Shown in pieces: positions 23,897-37,300 of a stretch of 64,000 nucleotides of DNA. Positions within the stretch are counted from its first letter, which is position 1. Each line of letters opens with the position of its first letter. Position numbers and translations under genes: made by a program. The stretch is from contig NW_002060944.1 of the NCBI RefSeq assembly GCF_000150275.1, positions 4,530,123 to 4,594,122 of the forward strand, given 5' to 3'. Source of the DNA: Trichoplax adhaerens (taxonomy: Eukaryota > Animalia > Placozoa). The notes beneath the pieces were generated by a model. It worked only from the letters and a program-made list of their open reading frames with translations, ran no database searches and was not told where the DNA came from.

Positions 23897-26800
23897 ATGG
23901 ATCAGGGTTTACACGACGAATTGGATCCCCACTATAATCAAGCAGATGGCTTCAATACCGCAGATTGGGGTAAGGAAACTAGTAAAAGTATTCTTTCAAA
24001 AATGATTCTATTTTTCAATGAGAATGAGCGATCATAGACTGCTGTACACTGTACACTAGAGTGTACAGTACGCGTACAGTATGTGGACGGCGTACAAGAG
24101 TCACTCACGCAAGTTACTGAATAAGGATCATTGCCTTTCCAATTTAAAATTACTTCTTTGACTTCTCATTTCCAACACCACTCGTTATCATGATGAAAGA
24201 CCGTTTCTGATACTACAGTATAGAGAAATAGACTTATAATCCTAGTAAACCTGTTAGGTTAAAGGGTTAAAGAATAATGAATTCTAAGTACGGATAAAAT
24301 TGCTGATGGCATTACAGTACAACAGAAAAGGACGCTTATCTTTCGCTTTACTGTAGCGTTGTACAGTATAGAAGACTGGATAAGAGTTTATAATTTTTTT
24401 TTATATTATTACCAATGTCGATTTCGATAGCGATGTCGTACAACAGATACAGTACATTAATATCGAGTCAAAAATTGTATAAAAATCTCATTGATTTTTA
24501 TTCTATTTCTTGATGATCAACAGTGGTATAATATACCTATATCCTATACTGTATTTACAGTATTACACAGTCAAAATTAACACAAGTACAGTAAATGTAG
24601 AACAGAAATATTTGAAAATAGAAAATTTAATTAATTGTTGGTAATAGCAGTACAGTATATAAGTTTTCTCAAAATAATTTTCGTATTCTTACTGATAATT
24701 TCATGTCAGACGTATTCTAGGATACAGTAGTCTATAGTTAGAACAGTAATGGTATAGAAAGTAATTAATCTTCATCTCTTTAATATCCGTGCATGATTTC
24801 GTATTATGTCAGCACTTCCTTGTACTGTACTGTACTATAGTACTGTAGTAGTTGTTGGGCGGTATACAACATTGTTAGTGCAAGAGGTCAATACTCTGTG
24901 TAAGGTAGCGCGTGGCTATTTGAGCAGGTAGACTACCTGTTACTACGGTGACAAACCAGTCGCCCATCAAGCAATCGGCGTTACCATGTAGATGAAAAAT
25001 ATTAGGCAATTGAAAGAATTTCTCATCATTGTGACTTAGTTCGCCTTCAATCAATGCTAAATAATTACAAACTATAGTACTATTCTGAAACTGATGAAGT
25101 AGAGGTTATCAAGGATGGAGAAATTTTAAAGTTGTAGTAATAACAAACGTATACTGCACTATCGATGTAGACGAGACTGTGAACTTGTTGATATACGTAT
25201 AATGTCACTTGTCTGTACACAAACTCATCGACAGCCAAGATCTTTCTAATTACTCGTGCTTACACTCATGCCGATATCGTTAGTATTATCTGTAATCTTG
25301 GTAAATTTTACACATAAAGCTTCGCCACTACATAGCCAGTTTATACTTTTTAATTGCCCTCTAATTTTTCCCTTATTGTAGAACATGATTGTAATACAGT
25401 ACTTGTATATGAGAATGACGCTGAGTAAATTTATCAATGCATATTTGGACCGACAATAACATTTATACGATATGACTTTATAAAATACCAAATTGATTAA
25501 AGCTACAATTGCATCTTGAACTGCAATCTGTAAATTGTAAATGATTCTAATGTTAGCTTGTTATTTAATATCCTCCTTCGACTTTTAGACATGGACTGTC
25601 AACAATTTGACCTAGAAAATGGCGAATTGGACACCATGCTGGACAAACTTGTCGATCAACTACCTCGAGTACCGGTAAATATTGTCTTTCTTTTTCAATA
25701 AAGATATAGTAGGCACCTAGGGCAGTTATCATCTTCGCCAGCTGAAGATTTGTAACGGACACACTATAGATTGTTATCTGTTTTTTGTTGTTATTACTAC
25801 GTACGCATCTGATCAGCGGATACTTTTGCTACCGTACTCACACCTCCGTATTAGTGTTTTTCGTTGAAAGGGACTATGTTAATTACAAGTAGACAATAGT
25901 TGTAGTACTTTGTAGACCGCATATGGAGGAAGATAATGCCTAATGTACTGTTCATAGCGCACAATGCTGCGTGCATTTTAGTATTACGGTACTTTGATGG
26001 AAATTGTTTTACTTGAGCTGTAGGTCGTCTGAATACGTGATGTTACACATATCCACTGTATTTCCTGATAGCAAACATTTGTCCTTTTCGCTTTGCCGTT
26101 AGCCTTTATTATTAAAACTTGACAACCGTATTGATTATAGAATTATATGCCTATTCAATATGTTTGACCTTACTAGTTATCGAATTTATGATCTGGGTAG
26201 CATGTACTGTAGATAATATCTAGTGCACATATTATCTTTGAATCTGAGAATTTTACAATTAATTATGTATCAAATACAGCAATGGATTATTAATACAGTA
26301 TCTTAGTATCATACTTAAATCGCTATTTTTAGAATTAAAATAATTAATATACTGAATCTGCTTGGGTAGTACGTTACACTGCATGAAGATACAGTCGTCA
26401 GTTAACAATGCTTCTTTTCCTGTTGAAAACAATAATGGAAATCACGTCGTATGTGTCAAACTGGTCTACCTCATCTGCATGTATTGCACTGCCTGAAAAT
26501 ATTTTTGAATTAATAATTAAAATGCGTATGTATAGTGAAGAATCTCCAATAACAAGTTTTGTACTTGTGTGTTAAACTCAAAAACATTAACCCAGCAATT
26601 AACATACATTATGATCTAGTATCGACAGAAACACCTGTCTAACGGCGAACTAGAGTGATATTTCTCTACACAATGAAACTCTCACGTATTATTTTTGTTG
26701 TTGTCTTTATCGCATTTACGGTAATGCATATGTTGTACATTTCCCTTAAGAAAAGAAAGCCATCTACAGATTTTGTTACGAATTCTTTTGTATTGCAGCG

Positions 26801-29800
26801 TCTGTATTTATAATAAAAAGCTCTTAGTTTTTTATATAAACATTGATTAAACAAAAATATCTAATTTCTTTCTTCTGAAGGATTCGAATTGGGGCAAATC
26901 ATTAGAATTTGACGATTCTTACATTGACGAATGGCTTGTTGATAACTGCGAATCGCCAGAAAATAGTCACGATAGTGGTGGTATGTTATTTAATTTATAT
27001 CAGAATTGACTTTTTAGTAATGTTAAATGAAATATAGAAACAGTATTTGTACTTTAATAGTAAATGAAATGATACATTGAAAAAGAATAGCGAGTTTGAT
27101 TGTTACGAGAGACAGAGCCCGTAGGCTGTTCTTTGTTATGTTAATTTTCTTGAAGATTTAGTATAGTATGTAACCGCTACAGGGTGATAGTAAGTACTGT
27201 ACACTTATCAACTGAAAAGATTACTCCAATGTTCTACTAGAAACCAAGCTTTAGTAAGTGGTAGTCCCTATTGTACGTATATAGTACTACATTTGTTACT
27301 ATTGAATGTGGTCAAAAGTAGGTTTATGTTGCAGCTTTATTTACAACATTGAAAAAAATTGAGGGTTAGATTTTTAGCGGCTAAATAACCATTTTTTTTG
27401 ATGTTTTTATTACCTAGTTTATCTTAAATCTGAGCCTCTTTCGCCTTCGAATTCTCTTGGCAGTTCATCTTCTTATCAGGTACGTTATCATTCGATTTTG
27501 TTTTCGAATTTCTTTAAATTGAGGATCATATGATTCGTATCATATAGTACTGTTATTTTTGATATAGCAGCTAGTCCTCGTGCTTTATAAATTGATATGC
27601 AGTGCGCTGTTTACCATATATATAAGTATACGCGTGTATTCAATCTAGAAGTTTGAAATTATACAGTTTTATGGACAGTAGTAAATTAAGTTTTCAACGT
27701 TAATTAACTGATGTAAGTGGTGTTACGAATAGTACTAATATCACCGACATAATTGTTGCATTAATACCAGGTCTCTAATGCATCCGTGGCCCCATCGCCA
27801 AATAGTGAATCATCAATAAAAATAGAATCACCACCAATAACTCCACCACAAAATCAGTATATTCCAAAGGATGTCCAACAGACAGGTACCGGTATATTAT
27901 TATCAAATTTCTTAATAAATTGTCGGTAATAGCTGTAGTAGAAGAACCTCAGCAATTATGAATCATACGTACAATAATTTATCAATAATATTCGGGTATT
28001 CGTTGGCTTTTTCTCACTTATGCAATTTTTAAAATTAAAATTTTAGATATTAGTCCTAATTCTCATGCAAACTATAACAAAGTACCGCTCGTATCCTCGG
28101 TGCGAAAGATACCTTTAGCTCATGGTCGAAGCGGGACTTCATTTACGGTGAGTGTGTTTACCACTTTTAATAATTTTACTAATATATAGCAAGTTAATTG
28201 TATTACCTTTATCGTATTAGATCTAATTATTTATGTCTTTTACTCTCTTACATAGTCCTTAGAGGAAGAGATTGTTAATAAGCCATTGCCAGCTGTCGAT
28301 ACGACTAAATTTTCAACAGTCGAGGTTCGATTTAGAGTCTGCGCTAATTTTTTACATAACCGTATCAAGATTATATCTTTTTATAAGGCAATAAAGTGTT
28401 GTTATTACTCTTATTATCCACATAATTTACTTATCATTCTTTATTACAGTTGAAGGCATATAAAAAGTTACAAAGGAAAATTAAGAATCGTGAATCTGCT
28501 TGTTTATCGAGAAAGAAGAAGAAGGAGGTGAGAAAATTGCAAAAATATAATTTTTGATTGATTTCCTAAACAAACATCAAGAAAATTTATATATATCTCT
28601 TTTAATAATTTGTAATCAAATATATAGTATTTACAAAGTTTGGAGACCGAGCTTAATCAGCAAGCAGCTTTATGTAATCGTTTAAAATCAGAGAATGAGT
28701 CTCTAAAGTTAAAAATTCAACAGTTAGAACAAGAAGTGAGTTTAAATTTGGATGATGTTTAATTTTATTAGACTTTTAATTAAATACATAAATGATCAAT
28801 ATTCATATCATGCTTTTTATTTTTAAGAGTGTTTACTCTAACGATGTTCTTCAATTTTCAGCAAATCTTAAGTTATTATCAATTTTTTTCAAATTTTAGA
28901 ACGTTGCACTCAGACAACATCAGGAATCTGTAGAATCCAATACTAAATTTTCTTCTAACAAATCTCATGTTGTACTCTTTATGGTTCTTTTGTTTGTTGG
29001 ATTTAATGTAACCGTTCTGAATCTTACAAGGTATTATTATGACTTCATATTACTAACTAATTTACGGGACATTGATGTTTTACATTAAATTAACATCGCA
29101 ACTTTTATATTGGATTTGATAAATTCTAGTAGTAATACCGTTATCGATCAAATACCTGGTGATGATAGTATTTCAGTTTTACATGGACGTGCTCTGCTGT
29201 CTCATAAAGGAGAACAACCTGACATAATTATTGGTAGGCCATCACTACCACTAGAGCATAGCAAGTCATACAAAGAGTTTGAATCATCATCCACTGGCTG
29301 TTCGCCTGTGCTAAATAAGACCGAAACACAACGGTAACAGAACAAGATGTTGATCTCTCAACAGGATCTTGCGCAATATTAACAGCACTAGCTAACACAG
29401 TATGTATTTAATATAGTAATGTTGTGTTTTTACTATTAGAATTTCGCGCACGCTTTTAAAATGGCATCAACGACAGAAGGTAGAATATAATTTCATTCGT
29501 AAGAATTCTGTATTACAAGATAAAGAGGCTTTTCAGGTATTATGTTTGTATTTTTATGCCCTTTTAGAAGATTTAAGTAATCGACTAAATAACTAATTTT
29601 TATCTTATAGAAGCTTGGATCGAACGAGCTTGCTATTAAGCCTGATAATGCCATTCCTAGGTAATATGATATTAAATTTGTTAACATATTTTTCGTCATT
29701 CCATGTATTTTCTTTCTTTCATATAATAAGGCAATAGATCGGTGAAATTTATTAATTTCTCTAACGATATTTGTATCTTACAGAAAAGAGTCTGAAGTTG

Positions 29801-30424
29801 ATAACAACCAGATTGTACCATATTATAGTGACGTTTTCAGCAGGTAGCTTAAGTGAATTCGTTTGTTTATAGCTATAATTTGCATGATACGTATGTAAGC
29901 TGTATGTATGTTTAATTTACAAAACGAGATATTAAGAGAAACTAGTCCATTGCATTATTATTGACTTTTTTAATTGGTCGGTAATAGAAATTTCTAACTC
30001 TGTATTTTTTCTAGTGCACGCGATTACGTCTCCAAAATGTTCAATCAGAGTGTCGATACGTTTTATGTCGTAACATTTAAGAAAGATTTATATTTATATC
30101 CACCTACAACTGGTAACAAGAATCAAAAGCAACGGCTGTCTCTAATTATGCCAGCTTTTAATGGTCAGTGCATCTTGAACGCTGAAGGAGTTACTTATTA
30201 TGTGTACATGTATAAATACTACACAGTAAAAACAATATAATCTGAAAAATTGGCATTGATTTTTAACTGAACGTTATTTTTTGATTGAATTAGAAACTTA
30301 CATGACAACAATGGTGAAAATCGATTGCGAGATTTCAAATATGACCTTCGTCAAGTTAAATATACCTTCAGCTCTAGCAACTGACCGTTTTAGCTGGTTT
30401 CAATCTGCTCCGTCAGTGTTGTAA
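23897..30424 (+). CDS. ATF6: ATF6, membrane-bound bZIP transcription factor of the unfolded protein response
   Basis: LKSEPLSP (about 27420); bZIP basic region RKIKNRESACLSRKKKKE (28450-28527) and zipper YLQSLETEL (28628-28735); TM segment VVLFMVLLFVGFNV; S1P site GRALLS; luminal motifs NKTETQR, DTFYVVTFKKD..LSLIMPA and MVKIDCEI. Stop at 30422-30424. First exon 23897-23969 (MDQG...ADW) is tentative, because one phase 1-to-0 connecting exon was not found. Confidence 0.9.
24875..25873 (-). CDS. Candidate spliced gene of unknown function nested antisense in ATF6 intron 1 (5' end unresolved)
   Basis: Four GT-AG exons join in frame: 25873-25842, 25763-25664, 25527-25489 and 25371-25264. An open 59-codon terminal exon follows at 25056-24875; the junction into it is ambiguous. 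Confidence 0.45.
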
Positions 30425-31921
30425 ATGATGACTTATAGCTGATTAAGGCACTAATAGCTATCCTCTTCGAATAAATAATTGAATATGGTATTAATAACAC
30501 TGTTAATAAATTGAGATTATATAACAAATTTCGCAACGCTAGACGTACGAAAAAAATTGTCATGAGCAATTTAAGAATGAATCATTTTATCACTATAATT
30601 TACCGTACAGCGTGAAATCTTTAAACCTTGTACGTCATAACTATTTAAATCTAACGAAATACAATTGTCAACTTAAAAAGAAAATAGCGATCTTTGTTCT
30701 CCTATTCGTGATGTTCATGGGTTGCCAGATTGTACTCAATACTATAGCTTAAATAAACTTACAGATACAACGTAGTATTGCTTAAACCTATTTTGTTTGA
30801 TGTATTTTCATCTTTAATCACATCATTAAGAACTATCGTCAATTGTATATCAATGCTACTAGCTTTGCGAACTCGTATTCCGACATCAGGCACAAGACTG
30901 TAGTTTCTATGTGAATAAATTTAATTTAATAAAATTGGCAAAGTTAAAAGAGTATAAATTTATATCAATGTTTATTTCATTTGTAACTGAGTTTAATGAG
31001 AAACAATCACAAAAGGATAAAATTTTTGCATTAAGGATATATGCTCAATCTATAATTTAAAGATTTTTCGGTTAAAGTCGCATGTCATATAAAAAACTGT
31101 AATGTGATAGTACAACATGCGTCAGTAGAAAGTGGTTATATTTATGAACAAGTGTCATGAATTCGACATAAGATATCTACTATTATAGCATTAGGAGCTA
31201 TTTGCCTGACTCGAATGTTTGAGTATAAAAAATTTACGATTATAATATTACAATATATTGTGTTTAATCTTGGTCAGGGCTCTAGGGGTTATAGTCGTTC
31301 ATACAACATTAATATATCATTTATAGCATACAAATAGATTTGTAGTGTAACATATAGGATATTTCTAAACAGATGTTCTTTTTCGTATTATTCTATGTAA
31401 TAATACACCGTCATATACATTAAATTTAACTTAAATTAAATTAGTTGTAAATTGTGATACAGGTATTCACCTTTTAACGCTTTAAAAACTCTTTCTTAAC
31501 TCAAGCAAACAAATTAAGTGATTGCTTATTTTGTACAAATAATAATAGGGTATCGATAATACATTTGTATAGCACTTAAAATGTAGTCCAATAATAGCGA
31601 TTCAGAGCCTTAAAAATGGATTTCATTTGTATACAATACCATTTTGCAGTAATTGAGCAAAAATAGCTCATCACCAAAATAATCGTTAGTAGTTAATATT
31701 ACTGTGGTAAAAAAGCCGGTACTTGCTGTTGTACAGACGATAATGAAAACATGAGGTGACTCCTCACCAATTTAAGGCATACATGAGTAAATAAATGATA
31801 TCAACTGCTTGACAGTCTCAATGAACGACATGAATATTATTTCATAAAAATAATCGGAGATTTTCTTATTCATGAACGTCGACGGAATCAAAATTATGTT
31901 GTAAGGCCATTCACTGTACAT

Positions 31922-34342
31922 TTACTTCAGCTATAAAAATAATAAATGAGGATAATGTTAAAGGTTAGGAATTGATGAGGAAATGAATTCTAAATCATAA
32001 TCACCAACTTGGTGTATTGTATGACCATCGTGGAATCCTGGCTGTTGAGATGAAACCGGAATAGCGCATTGGTCAGGTTGGGCATAACCGCCTGCTTGAG
32101 ACATTGGGTGCGATAACCCAGAAACCTAAAGATTTGAATTTAAATAATATTGCAGTTTCTATCAAAAATGTAAAACTCTCTGAACTGCTGCTTAAGCTCT
32201 TACAGTAGTTTCTAATAAACGAAGCGAAACTAGCTATTTCAGTTAGCGTTGAATGATGATAGAACAATGTAATTAGTGAGTTTTATTATTACTGCACCGA
32301 CAACGAAGCAATGAATACCTGAAAATGACTGCTAACTGATACATTGCCACTTGATGAACCACTATTACTAGTGCTCAAGGGTATGGGACCCAAATATATA
32401 TCAGGTTGTTGTTGGTCAACAAGCATTCCTTGCTGCGATTGGTTACGAATCGATGGTTGCACTTGTGGATGGTGCGAATGTGACAAACTTCCTGATGTCG
32501 ACGTAGACGCTTGAGTTAATCCTAAATTGCCTTCTGTACCTAGCGTAAAAGTATACTTTTATTAGATTATATAATATGTAGATTTAGTAAATAATTGTAC
32601 AAAGCAATACTATGATCAACTTTCTAAACCTGAGCCGCTCTCATGTTGATTTCTGGATGTTTGCGCTGCTTTAATAGCGTACATGCTTGCCTCCTCTTGA
32701 GCTTTTCCAATATTCTTTTTATACCGAATTCTTTTATTACCAAACCAATTAGAAATCTAAACAAATTGAAATTAATGAAAGTAGCACCGTTTAGAGTAAA
32801 AATTTATCGATCCCTAACATACGAAGATATATAAGATTGACTAGTGTACTTTAGAGTATACAAATAATGAAAGGTTTTCGAAATTCTTACCTGAGAAATG
32901 GTAATATCACACTTTCTAGCTAATTCTTCCTTGATCTCTTCGCTGGGATAAGGGTTACTTAAGTGTGAGTAAAAATACTCGTTTAGAATTTCAGTGGCTT
33001 GTTTACTAAAGTTACGTCTTTTCCTTCTGTAAGAAAAATATCCTATAATTACTGGGCGTTTTCAACATCATCCGAAAGTACAATAATAATCATTGTATTG
33101 TTCGATAAAGCAATGTCGTATACCTCGCATCTAAGTAGCGTGATCTTAAGATCATAAGTGCTTCGCATGTACTTTGTTTCAGTTGAACTTGAATTGCACT
33201 AAATTTACGATGGATTATACTGACCATCCGGTCCATCTCTTTAGGGGTAATCGGTCTCGTTCTGGATTGTTCGCTTAATAAATTTTTTACGTGTGTGGTA
33301 AATTCATTACAAGCCTAATGAATTAAAGTCGATATAAAGTCAATAATAAGTTTTTTACTTGTTTGTTGATAGCTCATGTTACCTGTTCATATTTTTCCAA
33401 TTCAGAATGGTAGATTTGACGAATTTGATTTAATTTTGCATGATAATCAGAATGATCAATTTGGCTTTCGCCATGAACAGAAGCACTAGCAGTAGCAGCA
33501 GCAGCAGCAGCAGCAGAAGCACCTTTATCGGGCCCAATTATTCCTTCAGAAATCAACATATTATCTAATCGCGTTAATTGTTGATCGGGAGGATCTTCCT
33601 CGGAAGGTGTTCGAATATTTAGCACTGTACATACATATCACATAGACCACAGTGAAGTATTCCGAGTTTATGTGTTAAATTAAAAGAAAAAAAAAGAGTG
33701 ATTAATTTATAGTCTAACAGATATAACCATTACTTCTATTCTTATTCATAGGTTTGTATTGATCGTTTATTAAATAATACCTGTCTTTTCCTTAATTTCA
33801 TATAGAACGCCGTACAGAGTAGGCTTTAGGCGATGTGAATTTAGAGCATGCTTACTAAAATTTATGGAGAATAAAAATAAATCTTAATATTGATACATAA
33901 AGAAGATAAGGAAGTGTTCTACAGTATAAATAATAATAATGCTATATTGAACAGGCGCCAATTACATATTAGATTAGTTGAAATATTGATCCTTGCAACA
34001 TATTATTCTTAGTTAAAACTATAACTCAATCTAGGTAAGTTTAGTTGAACAGAGCGAAAGCTGTAATATTAGATTAGATTACTACCGTGCTTGTGCTTCA
34101 TCCAATGATTGTTCATTTATTGACATTATTTGTTGTAATAATTCAGAAACGTCCGGACGACGACCATCTACGTCATCAGGTAATTTGTTAACATCCATCC
34201 CATGTGATGATCCAACTTGGCCAGTGTTTGTGGGAACATGACCGATATTTGTAGGATGTGACGTGACTTGCGTTCCAATTGGTACACCTGGAGGTACAGT
34301 AGTTACAGTAACTGCTAAATGACGATGATGGGAAGGATGCAT
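31922..34342 (-). CDS. PBX: PBX/extradenticle TALE-class homeobox protein
   Basis: Exons 34342-34086, 33854-33781, 33624-33383, 33314-33124, 33026-32891, 32756-32630, 32539-32319, 32125-32009 and 31930-31922 (last tentative). PBC-A ([24 protein letters not shown]), poly-Ala linker, PBC-B, and homeodomain [31 protein letters not shown]...[14 protein letters not shown]. Confidence 0.97.
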
Positions 34343-37300
34343 GATCCTCGATTTTTTTCCTACAATAATTGAACGCTTGATGACACCTATTATTAAGGAA
34401 CGAAGGTAAGTAAAGTTCTAATTAATTTTGTCAATTAATGCAACTAATTATACTACATCACTGGATGTACGCGTATTCTGATATCCGCGTGTTTAAGTAA
34501 TAGAAATCTCTTCGCTTAAACTCTTCTTGATTATAATTATTAACTGTAGTTGATATATCTCAAACTGTACATCATATACATTATACAAATATTACAAATT
34601 TTTCCCTATAAAAATTAAACTATCCAGTGTCATAAAAACGAAATAAATCAAGATTGATATTGTCTATTGCATAACAAGGGTTTATTTTAAACTTTTATCG
34701 GGGTTTGAGTATTTAAAGAAAATTTTTTTTGGTAATTAGCAGTCACTCCCGATGAAATTAAACAATCATGGATAAAGGACAAGACTTTAACGTCATTAAA
34801 TTAATCAGACAATACTGAGCAATACTAGACTACCATTTCTATTGCCTTTTTTGGTTAGAATTTAAAACTTTTATCTGTTGGTATCGATAATAATGAGATG
34901 TTGAGTAATAATACGAGTAATATAAAAGAATTGTTTGTTTGTTTATTTGTGATATACGTATGTATAAAAGATATATAAAATAGTCTAATAGATAGCTGAG
35001 GTTAAGTGAAGAAGTCATGATTGTATAAAATGTACTGCTAACTCTTTATAATAACATATGTAGTCTTGAATGATTAACTTTCTTTGCCTCGTACTTATTT
35101 TTCTGTACTAACCCGTTATATGTTAGAATTGTACACATTTATTACATTTACTTTTGTTCAGATAAAATAGCTACAAATATCCAGGATACTGTTAATAAAT
35201 ATCAACTATATAAATTGCATACAATAGTATCAAGAAAGTTAAATTGAAAGATTGGAAAGGTTGAATGAAATAGGGTTATGGTTAAAAGCGTAGTCTGTTA
35301 GTTATTGTTGAAGATTTAGTTAAATTATTTATTATTACACCCTTTCAGTTTTGAAGGCCGCCCTAATTATAATTAAAAAAAGACAAAGCCTACAGTACTG
35401 TACAGTAGACGGTAATACAAAATCACTGTCTAACAGTAACTAAAATAGGATACTGCTACATGGTATACAAGTATATATATATACGTATAATAAAAATGCG
35501 TCTCATCTATTTCATTGGATATCATTAAAATACGTGAGAAGAAAGTTTCTGCTATCATTATTCGAGCGGATAGTACTGAAACACAGAATGAATGTTCGAT
35601 ATCATTGGATGAATAAAAGCAGTATTTTTTCAGTTGTAATTCGGTTATGAATAATAATAATTCTCTATCTGCATGATAAAAGAGTTTTTACCTATGGTGC
35701 TATCATAAATATAATTAATAATCCACGCTACGATATCCTGCATAAGAGTATTTTTTAACACTTTTGCATAATCGACATAAAAAGTAGCGTACGCAAAGTT
35801 TATAAGTATTATTTGCAAGGAATATAGATTATAATCGCCAAAAGTTGAATAAAAAAATGTCGATCAATTAGCAATTACTGAATAGAATTGATATCATGAA
35901 ATTTACTTTAGTGATTGGTTTTAACTTGCAAATGGAAAACTATAACAAATCTCTACGGTTATATTGCTAAAACTTGGATATTCTTTGAATAGTAAATAAT
36001 CCGTTAGATAAATGTCTCTATGCGTCTATGAACGGATGTAGTGTATATTTAAGGATCATCTTATTACTTTTAATAAACAGTGATACAGAAAGAATTTAAT
36101 CCCATTTTTCATCAATTAAAAATTCTTTACGATAGAGAGATAAGATTACTTTGATTTAATGTTGCGCCTAGGTAATTTCTTATCACTACAGTATTCTACA
36201 TGCTAACTTGAAAAATTGGCATATCTTTGAGTGAGTCAAATTGTTGGATAGATCAATGCCATATGAAAAAATGTCATTGTAGTACAAAAGTGGAATTATG
36301 CCAATATTGATTATAATATAATCTGTTTAAAATGTATACTCTTACGGAAATTTTACATCGAAAATGATATATGGTAAAATCTAAGATTGAATATACTGTA
36401 TTGCTAGTGTTACAATATTCAACTTGATGATAATAATCTTCTATACTCATAGCAATTTTTATATTGAATCATTATTTAGCACAGATGGTCAGTATAGTGA
36501 CAGGTATAACATTTTTACAGTATTGACTGCATTGTGTGACTATTAATACAAGCATCCCGTTGGCATTCATGGCAAGAATGTATAGAGAAAATGGAATCAA
36601 ATTGTCTATAAGATTGCAACTATCGATCATGAAATAAATTTATCGCTGTCTTACTTTAAAAAATTTACATTTGAAGTAAACTATTCAGTACAGTAAATAG
36701 TCATGACATAAGCGCACTTGGAATTGAATATTATAAAAAAGTTGTTAATAACATATTTATCTAGTCTAAACTGCTATCCTATTACTTTTCATTTTTTTTT
36801 TTTTTGGGGGGAGGCATAGATCGATTTACTGCTTCAATCTGATAATGTATTACTTTACTGGAAAGCATTGCTCATTTTATATGTCAACAGGCTATTCATC
36901 CATCATCCAAGCAAATTGTATCCATGCTTACAGTACTAGGATAGTGTATCCAATCAATCCGTCATTATCGTATTTAATATGTTGGTAAAGTCAAGGCATA
37001 AGCGCTGAGTGCTGCATCTATGTTCTATAGGATTATCAAAAGATAGGATAAAAAAAATGTTTCGTTTTTATCCTTTGTGTCATGTACGCAGATGTATTTT
37101 ACGATTCTATAGCCTTTTCCAAAGTACGCGTTGTTATGAAATATTGAGATAAGAAAGTTCCATCTACAAGATAGATGATGTTCGTGTAGAGCAAACTTTG
37201 AGACATTCATTTTGCACTCGTATGTATGATTATGCCTTGAAGATCTTAAGTTAAAAAATTGACAAAGAATATTCAACTACTGCATCTAGACCTGTACCAA

